DNA from: an uncultured Phaeodactylibacter sp.
Lineage (GTDB): Bacteria > Bacteroidota > Bacteroidia > Chitinophagales > Saprospiraceae
NCBI GenBank assembly: GCA_964418125.1
Contig: CAYQKY010000005.1
Coordinates: forward strand, 42,130-106,129
Direction of reading: 5' to 3'
Length of the DNA: 64,000 nt
How positions within the stretch are numbered: the stretch's first letter is position 1; each line of letters opens with the position of its first letter. Under the pieces are notes generated by a model that worked only from the letters and a program-made list of their open reading frames with translations, was not told the DNA's origin and searched no databases. The translations under genes were made by a program, and so were the position numbers. This document shows, in pieces, positions 1-9,896 of the stretch.

Positions 1-3000
1 ATATCGGTTATAAAGCCCAGGAAGTGGAGATCAATGGCAGGAGCATTATCAGTGTTTCCATGCAGGAGGATGCCCAGAAACTGGACGAGGTGGTGGTGAC
101 CGCCCTGGGCATCAAGCGGCAGAAAAAGGAGGTCGGCTACTCTACGGAAAGCTTCGAAGGGGAAGAGCTTTTACTCTCCAATGCACCCAACCTGGTGAAC
201 GCTCTGAGTGGAAGGTCGGCAGGCGTGCAGGTTTCCAATACGAACGGGGTCGACGGCGGCACTACCCGCTTTGTTATCAGGGGAAATAATAACATCAACG
301 GGAACAACCAGCCGCTCATCGTTGTGGACGGCGTGCCGCTTGAGAATGAACCGGGGCTGACCAGTATAAAGAATGGGGTGGATTGGGGCTCGGCCATCAA
401 CAACATCAACCCCAATGACATCGAGTCGGTCAATATACTGAAAGGGCCCACCGCTTCCGCCCTTTATGGTTCACGTGGTGCAAACGGCGTAGTCCTCATC
501 AGTACGAAGCGGGGAAAGAAACGCAGCGGGATAGGTATCGATTATACCGTAATGCACAAGGTGATCGAGCCTTTCCGCTACCGCGAAGTCCAGAACATCT
601 TCGGAGCCGGAGGGCCGGTCAACCTGCTGGAACCCTCCCTTCCGGTAAATGATGAAGGCGTTTTCATCTATCCCCGGGAGAACCATGCCGAAGATGGCCC
701 CCTGGGCAAAGCGACCACCGAGCTGTTCGGTTTTTATTCTACCGGCGTATCCTGGGGCCCACGTATGGAAGGGCAGATGGTGCAGTGGTGGGACGGGGAA
801 ATGCGCCCCTTCAACCCCCAGCCCGACAACCTCAGGCTGTACTTTTCCAACGGCCACACCACCACCCACAACCTGTCATTTTCGGGGGGAGGGGAGATGG
901 GAACCCTCCGGGTGTCCCTCACCCGCACTGATCACGACGCCATCATTCCCAACAGCAACTACAACCAGACTACCGTCAACCTCGGGTCCGGGCTGGACAT
1001 CTCTTCAAAGGTGCATGCCGATCTTTCCCTGTCCTATATCAATTACCACCGCCTGAACAGCCCAACGCTGGGCGATGACGATGAAAACTCTTTCGGAAAG
1101 GGTATCCTCTACAGCTGGCCCCGCAGCTATAAGGGGCTGGAAAAGGAGATCAACATCCTGCCCGACGGCACGCGGAACAATTACGACTTTGAAGGGGGCT
1201 ACCCATTCGACTTTTCTCCGCCTCACCTGTGGTGGAATACCTACAAAAACAACACCAACCTGGACAGGAACAAGCTTATCGGCGCCCTCTCCCTTACTTA
1301 TGATATCACCCCCTGGCTGAACGCGATGGGCCGGATGGGGACTGATTTTACTCTTACGCAGTTCGAAACCCGGAATCAACCTATCGATAACCTGGGAGTC
1401 ACCAGCGGGTTTTATTCCAATGAGCTGGGAAGGGACATCGTTCGCAACAATGAATTCCTGCTCACCTTGCATAAGGAAAGGGTTTTCCATTCCCCCGTGG
1501 GCGCGAGGTTGTCTTTCGGGGGCACCCAGTGGTCCAGAAGCCAGTACGGGCTGAAAGGCAGCACCGGCAGGTGGATCAACCCCTGGCTTTTTGCCTTGAA
1601 TAACTTCGAAGACCGGCTGACCGTCCCGATCCCGAATGAATTCCGGTTCGAGAAAAAGATCAATTCCCTTTACAGTTTCCTCAACCTGAATTACGAAAAC
1701 TACCTGTACCTGGAAGTGACCGGGCGTAATGACTGGAGTTCTTCCCTGCCACCCGGCGCCAATTCCTATTTCTATCCCTCGGCATCCATGAGTTTTATCG
1801 CCAGTAATGCTTTTGATCTCAGCCGTATAGGGTGGTTGAATTTTCTAAAACTCAGGGGGGCTTATGCCCAGACCGCCAGCGACACCGACCCCTACCAGAT
1901 CGATTTCGTCTATTCAACCGGTACCTTCGGAAGCAACCAGACGGCATCTTTGCCCACCACCATTCCGCCGATCGGGCTGAAACCGCAGCAGGCCAACTCT
2001 TATGAGGCCGGACTGAGCCTTGGCCTGCTCAACGAGCGGGTGAATATGGACTTTACCTATTACTACATCCGCTCTTTTGACCAGATCCTCGATTCGCCCC
2101 TCCCGGCATCGGCGGGCGCCAGCACCGTGAGGATCAATACGGGTATCCTTGAAAACAAAGGCTTTGAAGCTATCGTCAACGCCATCCTGGTGGAGAAGCG
2201 GAATTTCTTCTGGGAAACCGGCTTCAACATCAGCCGCAACCGAAACTTCCTGGTTAGCCTGGGCGAGGGCGCCAAGAGCCTGGAACTGGCCAACATCTGG
2301 GAGCTCAACGGCCCTTCGATTACCGTCCAGGAAGGCGAAGGGTACGGCACCATCATCGGCTATGATTATATTTATCACGAGGAGACGGGCCAACCCATCC
2401 TCAACGAGGAAGGAACTCATTATCTGATCACCGACAGCCGGGCGCCCATCGGTAATGCTTCACCGGACTTTATCGGCGGCTGGACGATGCGCCTGGGCTT
2501 CAAAGGGTTGACTCTGAGTACACTGGTGGATACGAAGTGGGGAGGAGACATCTATGCCGGCTCTTATGTGATCGGGCTGCAGACCGGCCAGAGCCCGGAA
2601 ACCCTGCCGGAACGCATGGGCCAGGGCCTGCCCTATACTGATCCGGACGGAAATGTCCGAAACGTGGGCGTTATCCTCGATGGCGTTTACGCTGACGGCA
2701 GGCCCAATGATAAGGTGGTGCATTATTATTTCAAATACATCGGTAATACCGGCGGCTGGGGCAGGTTCAACTCCAAACCGGGCATTATTGAAAACACGTG
2801 GGTGAAGCTGAGGGAGGTGGCCTTATCTTACCAGTTTCCAAAACAGCTGGCCCAAAAGACTAAAGTGTTTCAGGAGCTGAATATTACACTTACCGGAAGA
2901 GACCTGTTCTACCTCTACACGACTTTGCCGGATAAGGTCAACCCGGAAGGCAGCAACGGCGCGGGCAATGCGCAGGGCCTGGAGTGGGCTGCTTACCCGG

Positions 3001-3041
3001 GGGTGCGGAGTTTCACCCTCGGCCTGAACGCTTCTTTTTGA
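1..3041 (+). CDS. SusC/RagA-family TonB-dependent outer-membrane receptor (5' end lies outside the window)
   Basis: The frame is open from nt 3 (IGYKAQEVEINGRS...), so the GTG at 24 is not the real start. Plug-region motifs LDEVVVTALGIKRQKKEVGYS and NILKGPTASALYGSRGANGVVLI are present. The long beta-barrel ends ...RSFTLGLNASF. A SusD-like gene follows directly. Confidence 0.9.
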   Translation, partial: IGYKAQEVEINGRSIISVSMQEDAQKLDEVVVTALGIKRQKKEVGYSTESFEGEELLLSNAPNLVNALSGRSAGVQVSNTNGVDGGTTRFVIRGNNNINGNNQPLIVVDGVPLENEPGLTSIKNGVDWGSAINNINPNDIESVNILKGPTASALYGSRGANGVVLISTKRGKKRSGIGIDYTVMHKVIEPFRYREVQNIFGAGGPVNLLEPSLPVNDEGVFIYPRENHAEDGPLGKATTELFGFYSTGVSWGPRMEGQMVQWWDGEMRPFNPQPDNLRLYFSNGHTTTHNLSFSGGGEMGTLRVSLTRTDHDAIIPNSNYNQTTVNLGSGLDISSKVHADLSLSYINYHRLNSPTLGDDDENSFGKGILYSWPRSYKGLEKEINILPDGTRNNYDFEGGYPFDFSPPHLWWNTYKNNTNLDRNKLIGALSLTYDITPWLNAMGRMGTDFTLTQFETRNQPIDNLGVTSGFYSNELGRDIVRNNEFLLTLHKERVFHSPVGARLSFGGTQWSRSQYGLKGSTGRWINPWLFALNNFEDRLTVPIPNEFRFEKKINSLYSFLNLNYENYLYLEVTGRNDWSSSLPPGANSYFYPSASMSFIASNAFDLSRIGWLNFLKLRGAYAQTASDTDPYQIDFVYSTGTFGSNQTASLPTTIPPIGLKPQQANSYEAGLSLGLLNERVNMDFTYYYIRSFDQILDSPLPASAGASTVRINTGILENKGFEAIVNAILVEKRNFFWETGFNISRNRNFLVSLGEGAKSLELANIWELNGPSITVQEGEGYGTIIGYDYIYHEETGQPILNEEGTHYLITDSRAPIGNASPDFIGGWTMRLGFKGLTLSTLVDTKWGGDIYAGSYVIGLQTGQSPETLPERMGQGLPYTDPDGNVRNVGVILDGVYADGRPNDKVVHYYFKYIGNTGGWGRFNSKPGIIENTWVKLREVALSYQFPKQLAQKTKVFQELNITLTGRDLFYLYTTLPDKVNPEGSNGAGNAQGLEWAAYPGVRSFTLGLNASF

Positions 3042-3182
3042 ACCGGAGTGAGTAAGCGGATAATCGCACCGTTGTCAGTTGATCGTTGTTGGTTCGGCAA
3101 CCCGTAGCCTTTTCCGCAGGCAACCAACAACCAACAACAATAAACCAACCTTGGGACATCAGTGCTTCCAAAGATTTCAGTT

Positions 3183-4772
3183 ATGAAAATGAAGAGTTTT
3201 AAAATTATACTGGCAAGCCTCATCTTTCTCACGATCTCCTGTGACAAGGATTTTGAGGAGATCAATAAAAACCCGTTTTCTCCCACTCAGGCGGATATCG
3301 GGCCTTTGTTCAATACCGTCGTCGCTTCCCTTCGCCTGGGCTGGAACGAGCAGTTTTATGTACACAACGAAACTTTATATGGCATCACTCAGCTGGCCGC
3401 CAAGACCGGTGTGGGTTTCGACAACATCAATATTGGTATAGAGGAGATCTGGAGAGATTATTACCGGGGGCTGGCGCATATCCGGGAACTGGAAAGGCGC
3501 TTTGATGCGATGGAGGTAGAAGAAGAGGCTCTGATTAACGTCAGAGCTCAATTAAAAGTCCTGTTGGCCTATAAAACATTCCGAGTGACGGACCTTTTCG
3601 GGGATGTTCCTTTTTTCGATGCCGGGAAGGGTTTCGAAAGCCTGGATTTCTCCCGCCCCAAATTTGATTCCCAGGAAGAGGTATATAAATTCCTCCTGGA
3701 AGAACTCCGCTGGGTGGAAGAGAACATCAACGCCGCTCCCGACCCACGGACGGCCAGCGGAGAAAAATATGTGTCTTTCGGCGATTTCGACAACCTGTTT
3801 AACGGTGACCTCTGGGTATGGAGGAAGTTCGCCAATTCCCTGCGCCTGCGCCACGCCATGCGGATGGTGGAAAAAGACCCCGGTTATGCTGCGCCGATCA
3901 TTAAGAATATCATCGAGAACGATTTGCCCCTTATCGAGTCGGGGGAAGAAGTCGGTATGCACCCCGGGAGGCAGGACTGGAGAAATGATGGGGTCAACTG
4001 GTCATTCCGTGAGCACAACAAGCTGCGCATGGGTACTACCATCTGGAATTACTTATCCGAAAATGACAATACGGATGGCAGCGGCATTTACGACCCCCGG
4101 GCTAATATTTTCTTTGAAACCAACAATGCGAATCAATGGGCGCCCTTCCCTCAGATCCCTGATGCCGATACGCCTCCCGCCGGCGGTATCCCTTATGGAG
4201 AGCACCGCGACAATAATTACGGCATAAAAGGGAATGCCAACATTTATTCTCCTTTCAATTATTACCTCATCCGGGATAATGTAGATATTCCCGAGATCAT
4301 TCTTACGGCAGCCGAAATGGGCTTTATCAAAGCCGAAGCCTATTTTCGGGGTTTGGGAGTGGCCATGGATGAAGGGGAGGCAGAAGCGGAATATACTGTA
4401 GCGTTGGTAAACTCTATTAAATTCTGGCAGCGTTTAGCTGCCGGTTCGGAAATGTGGGCCAATGCACCGCCTGCTCTTTCGGAAAACGAAATATTTGCCC
4501 TACTTAACCATCCCCGGCTCAGCATTTTCTCCAGCGAAAACAAGCTGGAGCTGATCTACGCCCAACGGTGGCTGGATGCCTTCCGCCAACCCTGGGAAGC
4601 TTTTGCGCTCAGCCGCCGGGTGGGAGCTACTCCCCGGGAAGGAAATATGCCGGAATATTACCGCCTTCCTTATCCGCCTTCCGAAGCGGAGAACAATCCT
4701 GACAACTGGGCGGAACAAGTGGCCAGAATGGGGGAGGATTCGGAACGGGTGAAGGTGTGGTGGATGAATTGA
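3183..4772 (+). CDS. SusD/RagB-family nutrient-binding outer-membrane lipoprotein
   Basis: The ATG at 3183 gives MKMKSFKIILASLIFLTISCDKDF, a lipoprotein signal with Cys. It lies directly downstream of SusC. It is helical/TPR-like and about 530 aa, typical of SusD. The track start at 3162 is a GTG upstream. Confidence 0.85.
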   Translation: MKMKSFKIILASLIFLTISCDKDFEEINKNPFSPTQADIGPLFNTVVASLRLGWNEQFYVHNETLYGITQLAAKTGVGFDNINIGIEEIWRDYYRGLAHIRELERRFDAMEVEEEALINVRAQLKVLLAYKTFRVTDLFGDVPFFDAGKGFESLDFSRPKFDSQEEVYKFLLEELRWVEENINAAPDPRTASGEKYVSFGDFDNLFNGDLWVWRKFANSLRLRHAMRMVEKDPGYAAPIIKNIIENDLPLIESGEEVGMHPGRQDWRNDGVNWSFREHNKLRMGTTIWNYLSENDNTDGSGIYDPRANIFFETNNANQWAPFPQIPDADTPPAGGIPYGEHRDNNYGIKGNANIYSPFNYYLIRDNVDIPEIILTAAEMGFIKAEAYFRGLGVAMDEGEAEAEYTVALVNSIKFWQRLAAGSEMWANAPPALSENEIFALLNHPRLSIFSSENKLELIYAQRWLDAFRQPWEAFALSRRVGATPREGNMPEYYRLPYPPSEAENNPDNWAEQVARMGEDSERVKVWWMN

Positions 4773-4801
4773 CCTAAATAAATAATTGAAAATCAGGAAC
4801 T

Positions 4802-7327
4802 ATGAAAAATATCTACTTCAGATTCGCTTCTTTAGCTTTTCTGCTGGCTTTGGGCACCGTTTCCGTGGATGGCCAGTCGAATCAGTACCTCCACTTCGAC
4901 CGGGTGGACGATTACGTAGAAGTGCCCGGCGCTTCTCAGTACATTCAGAATTCAGATCAGTTCTCCATGGCCGGCTGGTTTTATACCGACGAGCTGGCAT
5001 ACGGGCAGGGCATGATGGGAATCCGCGGCGGCGGCAGCGGCGAAGGCGGCTTTTACCTCATTCAACTCAATAACGGTATCATTGAGTCCCGCCTGATCAC
5101 GACCGCCGGATTCCACGAATTCGTGGCGCCGGCCTTCAGTATCGTTCCACAGGTTTGGCAACATATTGCCTGGGTGTATAACGGCAGCAAGGTAGAGCTG
5201 TTTATAGACGGCAACCCGGTGGGCAGTGTCGTGGCTTCGGGGACTTTTCCGGCCAGCAATAAGCCTTTCGCCATTGGAAAAAGTATTCAGGGCGGTTTCA
5301 ACTTTGTGTTCGGAGGGCGCGTCGATGAAGTCAGCCTGTGGAGCAAAGCACTTACCCAGCAGGAGATACAGGACATGATGGATAATGAGCTGGGCGGCGA
5401 TGAACAGAACCTGGAATTGTATTACAAGTTCAACCAGGGGGTGCCCGGAGAAGACAATACGGCTATCACCAAACTCGTATCGGAAGTGGGGAGCGGAAGC
5501 CGTGACGGCGACCTCATTAATTTTGCACTCACCGGCAATACCTCTAATTTTGGCGGAACCTTTGACCCTGGTTTCCAGGCTATTACCTTTCCACAGATCC
5601 CGAACAAACTGACTACTGACGGGCCGTTCCAACTCGAGGCTTCGGCCAGCTCCGGCCTGCCGGTGAGCTATGAGGTGGTTTCCGGCCCGGCTACCGTAGA
5701 CGGGGACATCGTCACCCTCACCGGAGAGGCGGGTGAAGTCCAGGTCAAGGCCAGCCAGGAAGGGGATGATACTTATGACCCCGCCGCCGGCCTGATCAAT
5801 ACCTTCCAGGTGCTTGACCCGGAAACCTTCGTGCCGGTTATCGACGCCCGCAGCCCTCTGGCGGGTGATGTGTATGTTCCGGCACTGAAGCCGATCCAGT
5901 TGGCCGTCATTACTTCTATTGATTATCCGGAACTGTTTTCTGTCACCGATGTCAAAATTGAAATAGGAGGAGAGCAAATTTCCCTTACCAATTGGGGTAA
6001 TGATCATTACACGGCATGGTGGATGCCCCCGGGATACGGGAGTTACACCATGAATATCGTTTCCACCAATAACTACGGCGCCAGCGCTACCCAGCCGGTC
6101 ACGTTCAATGTGGTGGAACAGGCCACGAGCCTGGAAGTGACGGCTACCAATGAAGTATGGGTGTATTCCGACGTTCCTTCCCAAATGGTGGAAGCGGAAT
6201 TGCCAAGCTATCTCGGGGCTTTTGATAATATTACCGCTGTCTTGTCCATTGATTGCCCCGACGGAGGCTGCGATCCCTGGGACAGGATATCCTCCATCGA
6301 TGCCAAAGGACATAACGGAGAGTGGTATGAGATCATTCGCTACATCACTCCCTATGGAGTGGCCTGCGGCCATACGGTAGATTTGACGGACTTTATGTCC
6401 ATCTTACAAGGCAAGATCGCTTTTCGGGTCAACCTGGGGACTCAGGGCAACGGCTTTTTGTATACCCTCTCCCTGAGCTACCAGGAAGGGCAGGAGGAAC
6501 ACCCTTATAGCCATATCCAGAACTTATGGCGGGATAATTATCCTTTCGGAGACCCTGCCAACCTTCAGCCCTGCGAAGTGATAGATGCTTCTTTCCCGGA
6601 GCACACCCAGGCCGCCAAGATCAAGCTGGTGGCTACCGGACATGGCTGGGGAGACAACAATACTGGCAATGCGGCGGAATTTCACGAAGACATTCATCAC
6701 ATCTGGGTGAACGGGGAACAAACCTTTGAGCACCACAACTGGAACGACTGTAATCCCAACCCGGATGGCTGCCAGCCACAAAACGGAACCTGGTTCTATA
6801 ACCGGGCCGGCTGGTGCCCCGGAACCATAGCTCCCTGGTTCGATTTTGATATGTCCGGCTTCCTCGGCCAGGGGCCTCTGGAGTTGCAGTATATTTTTGA
6901 TGAGGATTATGTGGACAATTGCCATGCCAACAACCCCAACTGCGTGAGCGGCGTCACTTGCCCGGATTGCAATGACGGCTTTAACCCCGTCCTGCTTACG
7001 GCATCGTATCTTATTTCAAGAGGCGATCAACCGCTTGACGGTGCTGTAGTAACAGATATTGAAGAGCCGCTGGTACAACAGGAGGCTTTGTTCCGGTTGT
7101 ATCCCAACCCCTCTTCCGGTAAGGTAAACCTGGAATTGAAAAAGACGGTGAGCCGCCTGGAAGTACGGGTATTTAACGGATTGGGGCAACTGGCTTACCG
7201 CTTCGGTGAGAAGGAGCGCCCGGCTGCCAGTCATATCTTACAGCTGGAAAATCAGCCCAGAGGGATCTACGTGATAGAAGTGATAACGGACAAGGGAAGT
7301 GGAAAGGAGAAAGTGGTGATCGAGTAA
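4802..7327 (+). CDS. Secreted multidomain protein: LamG/concanavalin-like lectin domain, Ig-like spacers, PNGase F-like domains and a T9SS C-terminal sorting domain
   Basis: Signal peptide MKNIYFRFASLAFLLALGTVSVDGQ. LamG-type block (VDEVSLWSKALTQQEIQ). PNGase F-like motifs CDPWDRISS, GHGWGDNNTGNAAEFHED and NRAGWCPG. C-terminal LYPNPSSGKVNLEL...GIYVIEVITDKG is typical of T9SS CTDs. Confidence 0.7.
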   Translation: MKNIYFRFASLAFLLALGTVSVDGQSNQYLHFDRVDDYVEVPGASQYIQNSDQFSMAGWFYTDELAYGQGMMGIRGGGSGEGGFYLIQLNNGIIESRLITTAGFHEFVAPAFSIVPQVWQHIAWVYNGSKVELFIDGNPVGSVVASGTFPASNKPFAIGKSIQGGFNFVFGGRVDEVSLWSKALTQQEIQDMMDNELGGDEQNLELYYKFNQGVPGEDNTAITKLVSEVGSGSRDGDLINFALTGNTSNFGGTFDPGFQAITFPQIPNKLTTDGPFQLEASASSGLPVSYEVVSGPATVDGDIVTLTGEAGEVQVKASQEGDDTYDPAAGLINTFQVLDPETFVPVIDARSPLAGDVYVPALKPIQLAVITSIDYPELFSVTDVKIEIGGEQISLTNWGNDHYTAWWMPPGYGSYTMNIVSTNNYGASATQPVTFNVVEQATSLEVTATNEVWVYSDVPSQMVEAELPSYLGAFDNITAVLSIDCPDGGCDPWDRISSIDAKGHNGEWYEIIRYITPYGVACGHTVDLTDFMSILQGKIAFRVNLGTQGNGFLYTLSLSYQEGQEEHPYSHIQNLWRDNYPFGDPANLQPCEVIDASFPEHTQAAKIKLVATGHGWGDNNTGNAAEFHEDIHHIWVNGEQTFEHHNWNDCNPNPDGCQPQNGTWFYNRAGWCPGTIAPWFDFDMSGFLGQGPLELQYIFDEDYVDNCHANNPNCVSGVTCPDCNDGFNPVLLTASYLISRGDQPLDGAVVTDIEEPLVQQEALFRLYPNPSSGKVNLELKKTVSRLEVRVFNGLGQLAYRFGEKERPAASHILQLENQPRGIYVIEVITDKGSGKEKVVIE

Positions 7328-7349
7328 GATGGATACGCTGATTTCGGCA

Positions 7350-7405
7350 GTTCGGTATTCGGTTTTCGCAGTTCGCGCCTGATGGGCGATACGCGAATAC
7401 CGAAC
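7350..7405. repeat. Hairpin built of TTCGGTA-type heptamers between convergent genes (12-bp stem, 7350-7361 with 7394-7405)
   Basis: GTTCGGTATTCG at 7350-7361 is the exact reverse complement of CGAATACCGAAC at 7394-7405. The right flank continues as tandem CCGAACA CCGAACA CCGG. Confidence 0.7.
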
Positions 7406-7428
7406 ACCGAACACCGGCCAAAAGAGAG

Positions 7429-8790
7429 CTATACCGCCCGGATTATATCATACTTCGTCAGGATGTGCAGGGTGCCCGCCTTGTCTTTCGCCATTACGGC
7501 GGGGATGGTGCGGCTGACGTATTGGCTCAGCTTGCTGAAAGGCAGGTCTACCGGCACTACCGGGAATGGTTCGCCCATGATGTCTCCAACCTTGTTTTCG
7601 GAATTGTCAAAAGGGTTTTCCAGCAGGTAGGACAATACCGCTGTTTCGGTGATGGAGCCTACCATTTTTTCGCCTTCCATGACGGGCATTTGTGAAATGT
7701 CGTGTTCTTTCATGATCCTGAAGGCCTGCCGGACGGTGTCTCCGGTATCCACCGAAATAAACTGATGGTTCCCCTTCTTCATGGCCAGGATATCCTTCAC
7801 GCTCAGCTCGCGCTCGAGGAAACCGCGTTCCCGCATCCAGTCGTCGTTGTAGATCTTCCCGACGTAGCGGCTCCCGTGGTCGTGAATAACCAGAACCACG
7901 ATGTCGTCTTTGGTAAGCCTGTCTTTGAGCTGCAGCAACCCGGCCACGGCAGAACCGGCGGAATAGCCCATCAGCAGGCCCTCTTCCCGGGCCAGGCGCC
8001 GCGCCATCAGGGCGCCGTCCTTGTCCGTGACCTTTTCGAAGTAGTCTATCACGCTGAAGTCGACGTTCTTGGGCAGTATATCTTCACCGATACCTTCCGT
8101 GATATAAGGGTAGATCTCGCTGGTGTCGAACTCGCCGGTTTCGTGGTATTTCTTGAATACAGACCCGTAGGTATCTATGCCCCACACTTTTATGTTGGGG
8201 TTGTTCTCTTTGAGGTATTTGCCTGTGCCGGAGATGGTGCCTCCGGTGCCCACCCCGACAACCAGGTGGGTGACCTTCCCGTCCGTCTGGTTCCAGATCT
8301 CCGGGCCGGTGGTTTCGTAATGGGCCTGTTTGTTGGAAAGGTTGTCGTACTGGTTGCACCAATAGGAGTTGGGGATCTCTTTACTCAGGCGGCTTGCCAC
8401 CGAGTAATAGGAGCGGGGATCTTCCGGCTCGACATTAGTCGGGCAGACGATTACCTCGGCGCCGACCGCCTTTAACATGTCTATCTTCTCTTTCGATTGT
8501 TTGTCACTGGTAGTGAAAATGCACTTATAGCCTTTAACGGCCGCTGCCAGGGCCAATCCCATACCGGTATTTCCGGATGTGCATTCGATGATGGTGCCTC
8601 CGGGCTGTATGTCACCTCTCTTTTCGGCATCCTCCAGCATCTTGACCGCCATACGGTCTTTGATGGAGTGGCCCGGGTTAAATGTTTCCACCTTCATCAG
8701 CACCAGCGCAGGGATCTCCGCCGTCACTTTGTTGAGCTTTACCAATGGCGTATTGCCGATGGTTTCGAGTATATTATCCTTATAGTTCAT
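7429..8790 (-). CDS. Cystathionine beta-synthase (PLP-dependent cysteine synthase fold plus a C-terminal CBS-domain pair)
   Basis: ETIGNTPLVKLN, NPGHSIKDRMA (PLP lysine motif), TSGNTGMGLA and GTGGTISG are present. The C-terminus carries two CBS-type repeats (VRQAFRIMKEHDISQMPVM...). Confidence 0.85.
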   Translation of the reverse strand: MNYKDNILETIGNTPLVKLNKVTAEIPALVLMKVETFNPGHSIKDRMAVKMLEDAEKRGDIQPGGTIIECTSGNTGMGLALAAAVKGYKCIFTTSDKQSKEKIDMLKAVGAEVIVCPTNVEPEDPRSYYSVASRLSKEIPNSYWCNQYDNLSNKQAHYETTGPEIWNQTDGKVTHLVVGVGTGGTISGTGKYLKENNPNIKVWGIDTYGSVFKKYHETGEFDTSEIYPYITEGIGEDILPKNVDFSVIDYFEKVTDKDGALMARRLAREEGLLMGYSAGSAVAGLLQLKDRLTKDDIVVLVIHDHGSRYVGKIYNDDWMRERGFLERELSVKDILAMKKGNHQFISVDTGDTVRQAFRIMKEHDISQMPVMEGEKMVGSITETAVLSYLLENPFDNSENKVGDIMGEPFPVVPVDLPFSKLSQYVSRTIPAVMAKDKAGTLHILTKYDIIRAV

Positions 8791-8801
8791 ATTCTTCGGG
8801 T

Positions 8802-8926
8802 TTGATTGGTTGAGTTGATTGGTGATTGGTTGATTGAGTTGATTTGGCCGCAGCGTTCAACATACGTTGCAACCGGGAGCAGAGCGCACAAATCACAGCC
8901 TAATCCACAAAACCAACCTAATCAAC
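8802..8926. repeat. Low-complexity TTGATTGG-type tandem block with a partially complementary CCAATCAA-type block downstream
   Basis: 8802-8846 reads TTGATTGGTTGAGTTGATTGGTGATTGGTTGATTGAGTTGATTTGG. 8899-8926 reads CCTAATCCACAAAACCAACCTAATCAAC. Complementarity is imperfect and its register is ambiguous. Confidence 0.55.
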
Positions 8927-8955
8927 TAAGAAACCGCAAAGGTATTCAAATTGTA

Positions 8956-9810
8956 TTAACGATAATATTTCACCTTTACGAAAAAACGGGCGTCGATGGC
9001 CCCCAGCAGTTTGGCGGCCAGGGGAGACAGGATAACCACCACATCGTCCCGGTAGGCCGAATCCGGAATCTTGCCTATGACCTTTACGTAAACAATGCGG
9101 TTGTTCATCGGGTTTAACACTTCGATGATGGCATTCCTGGGGGCGTAGCGGTGGAGCGCGTAGAGGTCGGAATCTTCCTTGCTGTCCTTCTGCCAGAAGG
9201 CGACACCCTGGCTGTCGTATTGCCGTTTTCCCGCAGCTTCAAACTGGTAGATCTTTTTCAGGGCGGCGTTGCGGCGGGCCAGAGGGCCGCCGGCATGCTG
9301 GCGGAGGGTATCGGGGATGCCGAATACGCTGATCCATCCGACGTGCAGTTGCTGCCCCTCTTTCAGGGTGTGGCCTGCCATGTTGTTGCGGGCCATGAGC
9401 AGTTCCATCGGCATGCGAAAATAGGATTTGGCAATGCGATACATGGTGTCGCCCTTTTTGACCACATAGAATACCGGTACATTTTCGCTGGGCTGGAAGC
9501 CGGATTCCATGTATCGCTTGATGGCTGCGTTGGGGATGGGCACGCGGATGGGCATACCTATTTTCACCGGCTGGTCTTTCAGCCCCGGGTTGAAATAATA
9601 CAGCTCCTCGACGGACAGCCCGTAAAACCGGGCCAGGGAATAGAGGGTCTGTTTGGGGGCTATGATGTGGTCGAAGTACTTCTCCTCAAAAGGGCCGATG
9701 CTCAGAAATATAGTATCTTTGGCAGTCAGGTAATTCAGGCTGTCACCGGTTGCCGCCAGTTTATCCGGAAGTGATAAAAGGAGGAGCGCCAAGAACAACA
9801 ATTTTCTCAT
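8956..9810 (-). CDS. Secreted LysM-domain peptidoglycan-binding protein
   Basis: Signal peptide MRKLLFLALLLLSL. Two LysM-like repeats (HIIAPKQTLYSLARFYGLSVEELYYFNPGL and YVVKKGDTMYRIAKSYFRMPMELLMARNNM). Confidence 0.7.
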   Translation of the reverse strand: MRKLLFLALLLLSLPDKLAATGDSLNYLTAKDTIFLSIGPFEEKYFDHIIAPKQTLYSLARFYGLSVEELYYFNPGLKDQPVKIGMPIRVPIPNAAIKRYMESGFQPSENVPVFYVVKKGDTMYRIAKSYFRMPMELLMARNNMAGHTLKEGQQLHVGWISVFGIPDTLRQHAGGPLARRNAALKKIYQFEAAGKRQYDSQGVAFWQKDSKEDSDLYALHRYAPRNAIIEVLNPMNNRIVYVKVIGKIPDSAYRDDVVVILSPLAAKLLGAIDARFFVKVKYYR

Positions 9811-9896
9811 AGTGTTTCAAACTTGTTTGGAATAACATGGCATATGCCGCAGCGTGCGCCACGGCATTGTTTCGATCACTGTACAGGTACAAATAT

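Noticed and set aside
4952-6373. 473-aa minus-strand ORF inside the LamG/PNGase F-like gene
   Set aside because: It is an antisense shadow ORF. It is fully nested in a gene with strong domain evidence. Its translation is Gly/Arg/His-rich with no motifs. This is typical of stop-poor antisense frames in GC-rich coding DNA.
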